NCBI GenBank assembly: GCA_951406725.2
Contig: OX597843.1
Coordinates: 11,594,001 to 11,658,000 of the forward strand
DNA: 64,000 bases
Source: Octopus vulgaris
Taxonomy: Eukaryota
Reading direction: 5' to 3'
The notes below the pieces were generated by a model, which was not told the DNA's origin, made no database searches, and saw only the letters and a list, made by a program, of their open reading frames with translations. A program made the position numbers and the translations under genes. Positions 24,451-36,569 of this stretch are shown piece by piece (the stretch's first letter is position 1; each line of letters opens with the position of its first letter).

Positions 24451-24633
24451 AAAGAGCGCTCCGTTACTACTGTGGTCATGTGATACATATAGGGTGCCAC
24501 CTTTTGCTGACGGCACCCCAGGGAGGAGTATAGGGACACGCACATGGGTGGCATTGCCCTGCTGGACATCGTCTCGGTTTAGAATGGCCTTTGGTCTTAC
24601 ACGGACACCTTTCTCCTTTATGAGATGCAGGAG
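24451..24633 (-). CDS. RCC1/Claret-like gene exon (LLHLIKEKGVRVRP...SSNGALF)
   Basis: tctctttctctccag acceptor, TTT|GTAAGT donor; 183 nt, phase 0/0. Confidence 0.85.
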
Positions 24634-24867
24634 CTGGAGAGAAAGAGAGAGAAGAATTAATGGATGGATGGACACACAGACATATGATAGGGTGATGAGT
24701 AAAGCCTATTCTTGTGGACATTTCTGCAATATGATTCTGGATACAGGTGAGGACCAGCCTTCACACCAATTGAAACTTTTCCTGAAAAATAATACAACAC
24801 TCCCCCCTCATCCACCTACAGGGCCATCAGTAGCCTCATCTTGTGCATTGTACTCCCTCCTCCAACC

Positions 24868-27800
24868 ACTCAAAAACCCAGGATATCAATCGTCTGGAAG
24901 CCATTCAGCGACATACAACCAAAAGAATACCCTCCATCAGGCATTTGCCATATTATGAACGCCTTACTTCCCTGGGCATGGATACATTGAAACTCCGACG
25001 TCCGGCAGCTGACTTGGCAGACACCCATAAAATTATTAACCATCTTACTAACAATAACTCTGAGCACCTTTTCAAACTCCACCCGTCTAACACCCGTGGA
25101 CATATTTACAAAGTCAGAAAACAGCACAGCTCCTTCCATGACTTTAGGAAACATTTTTTTCACGCTGAGAGTTGCTGAAGCATGGAACAAACTGCCGGCA
25201 TCAGTTGTTAGAGCACTGCATCCTTCAAAACTTCCCTGCTTCCTGAGAGATTCGCCAACACTACACCTGATTTTCTCCCCTCCATACACACGCTGAAGCA
25301 TGGAACAAACTGCCGGCATCAGTTGTTAGTTGTCAGAGCACTGCATCATTCAAAACTTCCATGCTTCCTGAGATTCGCCAAAACTACACCTGATTTTCTT
25401 CCCTCCATACACACACAAGCATGTATCTGACAACCAAAAGAATACCCTCCATCAGGCATTTGCCATATTATGAACGCCTTACTTCCCTGGGCATGGATAC
25501 ATTGAAACTCCAACGTCTGGCAGCTGACTTGGCAGACATCCATAAAATTATTAACCATCTTACTAACAATAACTCTGAACACCTTTTCAAACTCCACCCG
25601 TCTAACACCCGTGGACATATTTACAAAGTCAGAAAACAGCACAGCTCCTTCCATGACTTTAGGAAACATTTTTTCACGCTGAGAGTTGCTGAAGCATGGA
25701 ACAAACTGCCGGCATCAGTTGTTAGTTGTCAGAGCACTGCATCCTTCAAAACTTCCCTGCTTCCTGAGAGATTCGCCAACACTACACCTGATTTTCTCCC
25801 CTCCATACACACGCTGAAGCATGGAACAAACTGCCGGCATCAGTTGTTAGTTGTCAGAGCACTGCATCATTCAAAACTTCCATGCTTCCTGAGATTCGCC
25901 AAAACTACACCTGATTTTCTTCCCTCCATACACACACAAGCATGTATCTGACAACCAAAAGAATACCCTCCATCAGGCATTTGCCATATTATGAACGCCT
26001 TACTTCCCTGGGCATGGATACATTGAAACTCCAACGTCCGGCAGCTGACTTGGCAGACACCCATAAAATTATTAACCATCTTACTAACAATAACTCTGAG
26101 CACCTTTTCAAACTCCACCCGTCTAACACCCGTGGACATGTTTACAAAGTCAGAAAACAGCACAGCTCCTTCCATGACTTTAGGAAACATTTTTTCACGC
26201 TGAGAGTTGCTGAAGCATGGAACAAACTGCCGGCATCAGTTGTTAGTTGTCAGAGCACTGCATCCTTCAAAACTTCCCTGCTTCCTGAGAGATTCGCCAA
26301 CACTACACCTGATTTTCTCCCCTCCATACACACGCTGAAGCATGGAACAAACTGCCGGCATCAGTTGTTAGTTGTCAGAGCACTGCATCATTCAAAACTT
26401 CCATGCTTCCTGAGATTCGCCAAAACTACACCTGATTTTCTTCCCTCCATACACACACAAGCATGTATCTGACAACCAAAAGAATACCCTCCATCAGGCA
26501 TTTGCCATATTATGAACGCCTTACTTCCCTGGGCATGGATACATTGAAACTCCGACGTCCGGCAGCTGACTTGGCAGACACCCATAAAATTATTAACCAT
26601 CTTACTAACAATAACTCTGAGCACCTTTTCAAACTCCACCCGTCTAACACCCGTGGACATATTTACAAAGTCAGAAAACAGCACAGCTCCTTCCATGACT
26701 TTAGGAAACATTTTTTCACGCTGAGAGTTGCTGAAGCATGGAACAAACTGCCGGCATCAGTTGTTAGTTGTCAGAGCACTGCATCCTTCAAAACTTCCCT
26801 GCTTCCTGAGAGATTCGCCAACACTACACCTGATTTTCTCCCCTCCATACACACGCTGAAGCATGGAACAAACTGCCGGCATCAGTTGTTAGTTGTCAGA
26901 GCACTGCATCATTCAAAACTTCCATGCTTCCTGAGATTCGCCAAAACTACACCTGATTTTCTTCCCTCCATACACACACAAGCATGTATCTGACAACCAA
27001 AAGAATACCCTCCATCAGGCATTTGCCATATTATGAACGCTTTACTTCCCTGGGCATGGATACATTGAAACTCCGACGTCCGGCAGCTGACTTGGCAGAC
27101 ACCCATAAAATTATTAACCATCTTACTAACAATAACTCTGAACACCTTTTCAAACTCCACCCGTCTAACACCCGTGGACATGTTTACAAAGTCAGAAAAC
27201 AGCACAGCTCCTTCCATGACTTTAGGAAACATTTTTTCACGCTGAGAGTTGCTGAAGCATGGAACAAACTGCCGGCATCAGTTGTTAGTTGTCAGAGCAC
27301 TGCATCCTTCAAAACTTCCCTGCTTCCTGAGAGATTCGCCAACACTACACCTGATTTTCTCCCCTCCATACACACGCTGAAGCATGGAACAAACTGCCGG
27401 CATCAGTTGTTAGTTGTCAGAGCACTGCATCATTCAAAACTTCCATGCTTCCTGAGATTCGCCAAAACTACACCTGATTTTCTTCCCTCCATACACACAC
27501 AAGCATGTATCTGACAACCAAAAGAATACCCTCCATCAGGCATTTGCCATATTATGAACGCCTTACTTCCCTGGGCATGGATACATTGAAACTCCGACGT
27601 CCGGCAGCTGACTTGGCAGACACCCATAAAATTATTAACCATCTTACTAACAATAACTCTGAGCACCTTTTCAAACTCCACCCGTCTAACACCCGTGGAC
27701 ATATTTACAAAGTCAGAAAACAGCACAGCTCCTTCCATGACTTTAGGAAACATTTTTTCACGCTGAGAGTTGCTGAAGCATGGAACAAACTGCCGGCATC

Positions 27801-28540
27801 AGTTGTTAGTTGTCAGAGCACTGCATCCTTCAAAACTTCCCTGCTTCCTGAGAGATTCGCCAACACTACACCTGATTTTCTCCCTCCATACACACGCTGA
27901 AGCATGGAACAAACTGCCGGCATCAGTTGTTAGTTGTCAGAGCACTGCATCATTCAAAACTTCCATGCTTCCTGAGATTCGCCAAAACTACACCTGATTT
28001 TCTTCCCTCCATACACACACAAGCATGTATCTGACAACCAAAAGAATACCCTCCATCAGGCATTTGCCATATTATGAACGCCTTACTTCCCTGGGCATGG
28101 ATACATTGAAACTCCAACGTCCGGCAGCTGACTTGGCAGACACCCATAAAATTATTAACCATCTTACTAACAATAACTCTGAGCACCTTTTCAAACTCCA
28201 CCCGTCTAACACCCGTGACATGTTTACAAAGTCAGAAAACAGCACAGCTCCTTCCATGACTTTAGGAAACATTTTTTCACGCTGAGAGTTGCTGAAGCAT
28301 GGAACAAACTGCCAGCATCAGTTGTTAGTTGTCGGAGCACTGCATCCTTCAAAACTTCCATGCTTTCTGAGATTCACCAACACTACACCTGATCTTCTCC
28401 CCTCCATACACACACAAGCATGTATCTGACTCATACACTGTTCCCTTTCCAGACATTTGTACATTACTGCATGTACTTTATATGCAGTTTCTGACAAGTT
28501 GTGGTGCACCTGAGCACTGTATACAATAATTTCATTATAT
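24868..28540 (+). repeat. 521-bp tandem array (about 7 copies) of a CR1 LINE 3' end
   Basis: Near-identical ORF starts at 25421, 25942, 26463, 26984, 27505, 28025; CR1 C-terminal motifs; a single 3' tail at about 28520-28540. Confidence 0.95.
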
Positions 28541-28920
28541 TCCGACTCGTAGCCGATGCCAGCACCGCCTCGTCTGGCTTCCGTGCCGGTGGCACATAAA
28601 ATACACCAATCCGACCGTGGCCGTTGCCAGCCTCGCCTGGCACCTGTACAGGTGGCACGTAAAAAGCACCCACTACACTTACGGAGTGGTTGGCGTTAGG
28701 AAGGGCATCCAGCTGTAGAAACACTGCCAGATAAGACTGGAGCCTGGTGCAGCCTTCTGGCTTTCCAGATCTCCGGTCGAACCGTCCAACCCATGCTAGC
28801 ATGGAGAACGGACGTTAAACAACGATGATGATGATATATATATATAAAATAAGAATCACAGAATGACAGAATAATCTGAACACTGAAGGATTAAAGGATT
28901 AAATAAGGTCAATAACTCAC

Positions 28921-29049
28921 CTGTCCAGTGTCATTCCGTCCCCATCCCCAAACCTCTCCATCACTGTTCAGCGCCACATTGAAGTCCGAACCACTGTAGA
29001 CGTGTGAGATGTGGACATCACTGATAGCCGTCACTTGGGTCGGAAATGA
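28921..29049 (-). CDS. RCC1 repeat exon (SFPTQVTAISD...GEVWGWGRNDTGQ)
   Basis: pyrimidine tract plus AAG acceptor (less common, so the 5' boundary is less certain), CAG|GTGAGT donor; 129 nt, phase 0/0. Confidence 0.88.
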
Positions 29050-30152
29050 CTTGAGGGAAAATACAGAGAAAAATACAACTTTAGACTGCGTGTCTATGCA
29101 TATGTGTGAGTGTGTGTGCGTAACAATACCTATTTCTTTACTACCCACAAGGGGCTAAACACAGAGAGGACAGACAAACGGATTAAGTCAATTATATTGA
29201 CCCCAGTGCGTAACTGGTACTTATTTAATCGACCCCCGAAAGGATGAAAGGCAAAGTCGACCTCGGCGGAATTTGAACTCAGAACATAGCGGCAGGCGAA
29301 ATACCGCTAGGCAATTTGCCCAGCGTGCTAACGATTCTGCCAGTTCACCACCTTGTCTGCCATTTCGCTGTGTGTGTAACAATACCTACTGCATTTGACC
29401 CTTTAACCTGGTCATATCCGGCCAAAATATTCTTTATTATTTTATGTTCAGACTGGCCAGATGCAGCTACTAATGCCCAAACAATCACATCACTGAAATC
29501 TCAAAACTGAGATATTGCAGATAACGAAAGAGAGAGAAAGATAAAGAGAGGTAACAAGATATATATCAGGCATGGCTGTGAGGTAAGAGGCATGCTTCTC
29601 AAGTCTACATGACTCCAGGTTCAGTCCCACAGCATGGCACCTTGGCCAAGTGTCTTCTACTATAGCCTCGAGCCTAGTAAGGCCTTGCGAGTGGATTTGG
29701 TAGATGGAAACTGAAAGAAGCCTGTCATGTGTCTGTGTGTGTGTATGTATATATATATGAGAGCTCTGCTACTGTCTTTCTGGCCTGACTTCCTTGAAGT
29801 GTGGACGGCATTTTCTGTTGCTCCTTCGCCGTTCTCAAAAATAGCGTTCGTAACACTTTATCTCGTTCGGCTTAACAGCCCTTCTTGCCTTGTTATTCTC
29901 CTTGTCCTGTCTTTTACTCTTTATATTTTGTACTGTCGTTACTGCGTCAATATATATTATATATGCCTGTATATATTATATATATATATATTTATATATT
30001 ATCACATCTGGCCATTAAAGCTCCATAACCACTACTTCTGGATAAATGAACCTCATATTACGAGTGAGGGGTGTTAACAGTTCCCTTCCACAATACTTTA
30101 TGAAATTAGAAGAGGAAGAAATAACAGAAGAGAAGAAGGGGTTTTAGCTTAC

Positions 30153-30260
30153 AATGTTTTGGTAGGATACAAAGCCCAACTGTCCATCAGTATTTCGACC
30201 CCAAGTATATACCACACCATCTGAAGTAAGCAGGACAAAGTGGTAGCTACCACAGCTGAC
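30153..30260 (-). CDS. RCC1 repeat exon ([36 protein letters not shown])
   Basis: aatttcag acceptor, ATT|GTAAGC donor; 108 nt, phase 0/0. Confidence 0.93.
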
Positions 30261-30339
30261 CTGAAATTAACAAAAAAAAAAAAAGAAAAACAGTTATAGA
30301 AAGTTATAGTAAAATTTCATATACAGACACTACACAGAT

Positions 30340-31000
30340 AGATGATAATGGAAATCAAAGTTGGATATGGAATCTATTAAGAGAAAAGAAAAAGTTAAAC
30401 ATGGAGCTTTTCTCATCAGGAATGGAGAGCAGAATGCATGTAGTTCAAGCATTTGTCTTATGAAGAAAGGCTGAAGACGCTCGACCTTTATTGTCTCGAG
30501 AAACAACGACGCCGTGGTGATCTCATTCTCGCTCACAACATCATAAGCGGAAAGAGTAACCTCTCGAAAGAGCTGTTCTTCACTCCTGCTCCAGAGCGTC
30601 GGCTGTGAGGTCACTCTGAAAAGCTCTATCTACGATGATTTCATCTCAATCGAAGGAGAGAGGCTTTCTCCGTCCGGGGTTGCAGATCGAAAGAGCTGTT
30701 CTTCACTCCTGTTCCAGAGCGTGGGCTGCGGGATTCACTCTGAAAAGCTCTATCTGCAACGATTTCATCTCAATCGAAGAAGGGCTTTCTCCGTGCGGGT
30801 TGCAGATTCGTGGAATAAACTGCCGGACGAGATAGTGAAGATGCCGACGACCGCTCGGTTCAAAGTCTCTCTTGACCAGAAATGGCCTGAACTCTTTGTA
30901 TGACCACCCTCCCTGTACTTAACTCCCTGTCCCCCTACATGGCCTTACTTTTGCTGAGCCAATAAAAATTGAATTGAATTGAATTGAATTAAATTGAATT
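30340..31000 (+). mobile_element. CR1-clade LINE 3' fragment, second family, with (AATTG)n tail
   Basis: RRAFSVRVADSWNKLPDEIV...FKVSLD; inverted copy at about 45560-45908. Confidence 0.8.
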
Positions 31001-31088
31001 TAAAGCCCAAAGACTTAATTTTATGGTACTGCTCCATTGGTTATAATAAGTAAATAGATAAATTGGCAAGTAAATAGATATGTAGGTA

Positions 31089-31305
31089 TGATGGGGTGCT
31101 GAAAAGTTCCTAGCTTTAAGGGTATCACGAAAGGCCTGGTTAGAGGACCAGCCTACCGAGGTTTTTTACTGAGCTTAGAAAAAGCGAAGGACTGCTGCAA
31201 TAAGTATACAAATCTCAGAGGGAAATTTGTTGAATAGAATCATAATTAACTTATCCTCCTGTATTTTCTTTTACCCAAAGCCAGGGACTTTTCAGCACCT
31301 CCTCA
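31089..31305. mobile_element. Mariner-type MITE
   Basis: TA-flanked TIRs TGATGGGGTGCTGAAAAGTTCCTAGCTTT / AAAGCCAGGGACTTTTCAGCACCTCCTCA; a related copy at about 43850-44450 is split by a Helitron. Confidence 0.75.
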
Positions 31306-31974
31306 TATATGCATAGACAGATCATCATCATGAGTAGGACAGTTCGACTGGGGTCTGGGAAGCCAGGAGGCTGCACCAGGCTCCAGTCTGATCTGGTAGT
31401 GTTTCTACAGCTGGATGCACTTCCTAACGCCAACCACTCTGTGAGTGTAGTGGGTGCATTTTACATTCCACCGGCACAGGGGCCAGAGGAGGCTGGCAAA
31501 CGGCCATGATCGGTTGTTGCTTTTTACGTGCCACCGGCACAGAAGCCAGTCAAGGCAGCGTTGGCATCGGCTATGTTTGGATGGTGCTTTTTACGTGCCA
31601 CCAGCACAGAAGCCAGTCAAGGCGGCACTGGCATCGGCCACATTCGGATGGTGCTTTTTATGAGCCACCGGCACAGGGATCACAACTACAATTTCCATTT
31701 GATATCTATTAGGTAAGCTAATAAACAGGTATGTAAATAGGTAAGTTAATAGACAGAAAAGCAAATAAATTCACAGATAGGCAGGTAAACTCACAGGCAG
31801 GCAACAAAATTTCACAGATAGGCAAATAGACAGAAGGGGATTATATACACAAGTGATAGGAAGCAGGAGTTTGAACTGAATGCTTGAATCATTATCATCC
31901 ACAACACCAGCATTATCATCATCAACACTATCATCATTAACAACAGCAGCATTATCACCATCACTAATACCAGC

Positions 31975-32508
31975 ATCGTCTGGAAGCCGTTCAGCGACGT
32001 GCAACCAAAAGAATACCCTCCATCAGGCATTTGCCATATTATGAACGCCTTACTTCCCTGGGCATGGACACATTGAAACTCCGACGTTTGGCAGCTGACT
32101 TGGCAGACACCCATAAAATTACCAACCATCTTACAAACAATAACTCTGAGCACCTTTTCAAACTCCACCCGTCTAACACCCATTGGCATATTTACAAAGT
32201 CAGAAAACAGCACAGCTCCTTCCATGACTTTAGGAAACATTTTTTCACGCTGAGAGTTGCTGAAGCATGGAATAAACTACCAGCATCAGTTGTTAGAGCA
32301 CTGCATCCTTCAAAACTTCCATGCTTTCTGAGATTCGCCAACACTACACCTGATTTTCTCCCCTCCATACACACGCAAGCATGTATCTGACTCATACACT
32401 GTTCGCTTTCCAGACATTTGTACATTACTGCATATACTTTATACGCACTTTCTGACAAGTTGTGGTGCACCTGAGCACTGTATACAATAATTTCATTATA
32501 TTATTATT
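31975..32508 (+). mobile_element. CR1 LINE 3' fragment, monomer of the 521-bp array family
   Basis: Highly similar to the array unit and ends with the (TTA)n tail. Confidence 0.88.
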
Positions 32509-32545
32509 ACCTCCAACAGCGTTAACCATTATAAAACAGCCATAC

Positions 32546-32722
32546 CTGAACTATTTTGCCAAGAACGTTAGACGTATCGACCAGCAATGGAGAGAGATAG
32601 TCATCGCCAAAACCATCAGCAGCTTCCTGTCCAGGTGCACGACGGCTCATCTGTGCAGCATAGCGGATGATGTTCGGGTGGATACCCCAGCAGTAGACAC
32701 TGCTATCTTGGGTGACAGCAAC
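32546..32722 (-). CDS. Divergent RCC1 repeat exon (VAVTQDSSVYCWGIHP...DTSNVLGKIVQ)
   Basis: ctcatttag acceptor, CAG|GTATGG donor; 177 nt, phase 0/0. Confidence 0.92.
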
Positions 32723-33097
32723 CTAAATGAGACAGGGACGAAAAGACAGATAAATTGAAATGATGAGACAAGTTTAAACATTCAATGAAAAACATGTAAG
32801 ATGGAGTTTTTGTGCTTCCAGCTGTTGTTTTGTGTCTTTACACAGGTTTTTCAACTGTAATTGGAGCCTATATACTCTTTACTCTTTTACTTGTTTCAGT
32901 CATTTGACTGCGGCCATGCTGGAGCACCGCCTTTAGTCGATCACATCGACCCAGGGACTTATTCTTTTGTAAGCCCAGTACTTATTCTATTGGTCTCTTT
33001 TGCCGAACCGCTAAGTGACGTGGACGTAAACACACCAGCATCGGTTGTCAAGCGATGGTGGGGGGTCAAACACAGACACACAAACCTACACACACAC

Positions 33098-33144
<47 letters not shown>

Positions 33145-33383
33145 TACGACGGGCTTCTTTCAGTTTCCGTCTACCAAATCCACTCACAAGGCTTTGGTCG
33201 GCCCGGGGCTATAGTAGAAGACACTTGCCCAAGATGCCACGTAGTGGGACTGAACCCAGAACCATGTGGTTGGTTTACAGAATGCGCTGCATGCCTTTTA
33301 CATGCCACTGACACAGGTGCGTTTACACAGCACCGGCATGAGTGCATTCCATGTGACACAAGCACCTGTAAAGGACAAGCCTG

Positions 33384-34010
33384 GGATCTTTTCCTTTTGA
33401 ACGGCAGATGTCAACACAATTTCTAGTTAACTAAACACTTTTAAACTTCGTAGAATGTGTTTATAAAACATCTTTTCTCTTGGTTTTATTGAGAAAATTC
33501 TATAGTTTGTAAGATATTTCGTCTGAAAATCCGAGCATTTCGGCAATTTTAACCAATCGATTACCTCCATTCAACTAAAATCATTTACTGCGTCTAAAAT
33601 TGAGACAACATCCTGTAACTAACCCTAAACCTTCCCTAACCCTAACCCTAAATTTTTTTCTTAATTGTTAAATTAATTTAATTCCATTGCTTTAGATTTT
33701 TTTACACGTGTAACAATTAAATTAATTTAACAATTAAGAAAAAAAAATTAGGGTTAGGGGGGTTAGGGTTAGTCACAGTTTTTTTAGCATCAGTTTTAGA
33801 TGCAGCAAATGATTTTAGTTGAATGGAGGTAATCAATTGGTTAAAATTGCCGAAATGCTCGGATTTTCAGACGAAATATCTTACAAGCTATAGAATTTTC
33901 TTAATAAAACCAAGAGAAAATGATGTTTTATAAACACATTCTACGAAGTTTAAAAGTGTTTAGTTAACTAGAAATTATGTTGACATCTGCCGTTCAAAAG
34001 GAAAAGATCC
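33384..34010. mobile_element. Foldback MITE, Merlin-like, with long TIRs and internal telomere-like repeats
   Basis: 8-bp TSD CAAGCCTG at 33376-33383 and 34011-34018; termini GGATC...GATCC; arms of about 300 bp. Confidence 0.85.
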
Positions 34011-36159
34011 CAAGCCTGTGTGTATGAATGACAATTAGTATTTGTGTGTGTCTTCTGGGACATTTTCAGACTATATATGGAGCATGTGTGTATGCAGACA
34101 CACAGTAACACGATAGATGGATAAATGATTGCTTTTATGTCAAGTTATACATAAAAAAAAATTGATACATTTTTGTAGAACACATTTCGATATACTTTTC
34201 CTCAAGAGAGTTAACAGTCACTTCAAAGTGTAGCAATAACCATTTTAGCCATTTTGAAATGTGGTTAATTGGCAATATGACGTAATGTCATATTGCCGAA
34301 GAAATATCATTTTCGTTTTTTTCCATTGGTTAATATAACTGCTCATATAAAGATTCTAGAAGTTTCGTAAAGAATATCTGTCATGGATTTCGATTCTTTT
34401 TAGTCAAGTTGAGCAGTTATAAAAACCCTGGATTTTGGAAAATATTTTAGTGTTTGTTGGTGTCACAGAACTCCATGTCACTCACTCTTTTGGAGACATC
34501 GGTAATTTTTATGCCATGTCTAAGTTAATCACAAATCTATTTTGATTTGTTGGTTAATGTATTAGATAGAAAGAAGAAATTAGCTAAGGAATTTATAGTC
34601 GTTTTTCTTCACGACAAAGTTATCTTTCTTACTGTAAAAAAATATAAAATGTTATATTTATATAATAAAAAATAATTAAAAAGAAAATGTTTCTCTTCAC
34701 GTTTGTTTTTCAACTGAGCATAGATAAATATGCATTTCTATAATCTTTGATTTATGTTTCTTATAGCAGTTTAAAGGACACGATTAAAAGATTCAACATA
34801 CATGTCAATATAGCGTTCCGTGCGTATATGTCTCTATGACGTTATAACTGCAGTTAGGGTTTTTAGGTATAATGATAACACTTTAGTATAAGTGACGTTG
34901 AATCATTATATTCTCCCTTACTCAGAGAAAAGACAAATAAAATAATATAACCTAACAGTCACTTCAAAGTTTTAGCCTGCTAGCCATCATCAGAATTTCC
35001 ATCTATCATCATTTAACATGCATTTTCCATGCTAACATGGGCTAGATGGCTTGACTGGGGCTAAGAAGGCCAGGAGTCACACCAGGCTCCGCTGTCTGTT
35101 TTAGCATGATTACTATGGCTGGATGTCCTTCCTAATGCCAACCACTCCACAAAGTGTACTGGTTGCTTTTGACATTGCACCAGCACCAATATTTTTAACT
35201 TGGTACAGATATATATATAGGCATGGCTGTGTGGTAAGGTTGCTTCCCAACCACATGGTTTCGGGTTCAGTCCCACTGCATGGCACCTTGGGCAAGTGTC
35301 TTCTACTATAGCCTCGGGTTGACCAAAGCCTTGTAAGTGGATTTGGTAGATGTGTATGAGTATATATATATGTGTATGTGCGTTTGTGTCTGTCCCCCTC
35401 CCATCACCTGACAACCACTGTTGATGTGTTTACTTCGCCATAACTAAGCAGTTCAGCAGAAGAGACTGATAGACTAAGCACCAGGCTTACAAAGAATAAG
35501 TCCAAAGGTCGATTTGTTCAACTAAAAGGTGGTGCTCCAACATGGCCACAATCAACTGACTGAAACAAGTAATACACACACACATGTCTGAGATATTCAA
35601 TATTTTTTTTATTTAAAGCTTAATTTTTGTACATGAGCTTCTTAAGACATGTGAGTGTGTGAGTGTGTGCATGTATATATGTGGGTATACACATACACAC
35701 GACATATCATCATCGTTTAACGTCCACTTTCCATGCTGGCATAGATTGGACAGTTTGACATGGGTCTGGCCAGCTGGAAACTATCCAGACTCCAATTGTC
35801 TGTTGTAACACAGCTTCCGTAGCTGGATGTCCTCTCCAATGCCAAACACTTAACAGAGTGCGCTGGGTGCTTCTTATGTGCCAAGACCTTGTCAAGCCAA
35901 GTGAAATTGTAGTCATGGCTGATGCTGGTGTCATAACTGGCACCCGTGCCAGTGGCACGTACGGAGCACCTTTCAAGCATTGACTGAAACAAGAAAAAGA
36001 GTAAAGAGTAAAAGAGTAAGTACTGGATTCAATTTGTATGAATTAACCCATCAAAATGGTGCCCCAGCATGGCCACAATTCAATGACTGAAACAAGAAAA
36101 AGATATGCAACATAGAAAACACACAGACAGACTACACATATGTACATTATAATACTGAC

Positions 36160-36291
36160 CGAGCTGAAGAAGTTAGCAGCAATGTATGAGATCTTTTCTG
36201 GCAAGGTTATATGACTTGGTACTGATTTCTTTTGCCTCTGGCCAAGTCCGAGCTGTCCAAAGTAGCCACATCCGAAACTATAGACATCTCC
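36160..36291 (-). CDS. RCC1 repeat exon (GDVYSFGCGYFGQLGLG...IAANFFSS)
   Basis: ttatccag acceptor, TCG|GTCAGT donor; 132 nt, phase 0/0. Confidence 0.93.
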
Positions 36292-36569
36292 CTGGATAAT
36301 GCAAAGAATGGAAATGGAGTGTGGTAATAAAGGGAAAAGAAAATTATAGGGGTTAGATTGTTTGTTTTTAATTTACACTGGGTGTTTAACCATTGCTATG
36401 ACCCCAGTAAAATTATTTGTTAATAGTGCACATTCCTTCTTTTAATAGTAGATTGCTATATCATGAAAGTCTTGTCAGTTACTATGGTGACAACACTACC
36501 TATATCTTTCGCACACACTCTTGCTCTCTCACTCTCTACCCCTTCTCTCTCACTGTATTTCTCAACAAC

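Noticed and set aside
25421-28285. Repeated 176-aa ORFs as a tandem gene cluster
   Set aside because: They are CR1 ORF2 C-terminal fragments with no RT core; the ATG lies just upstream of the array junction, outside the original coding frame.
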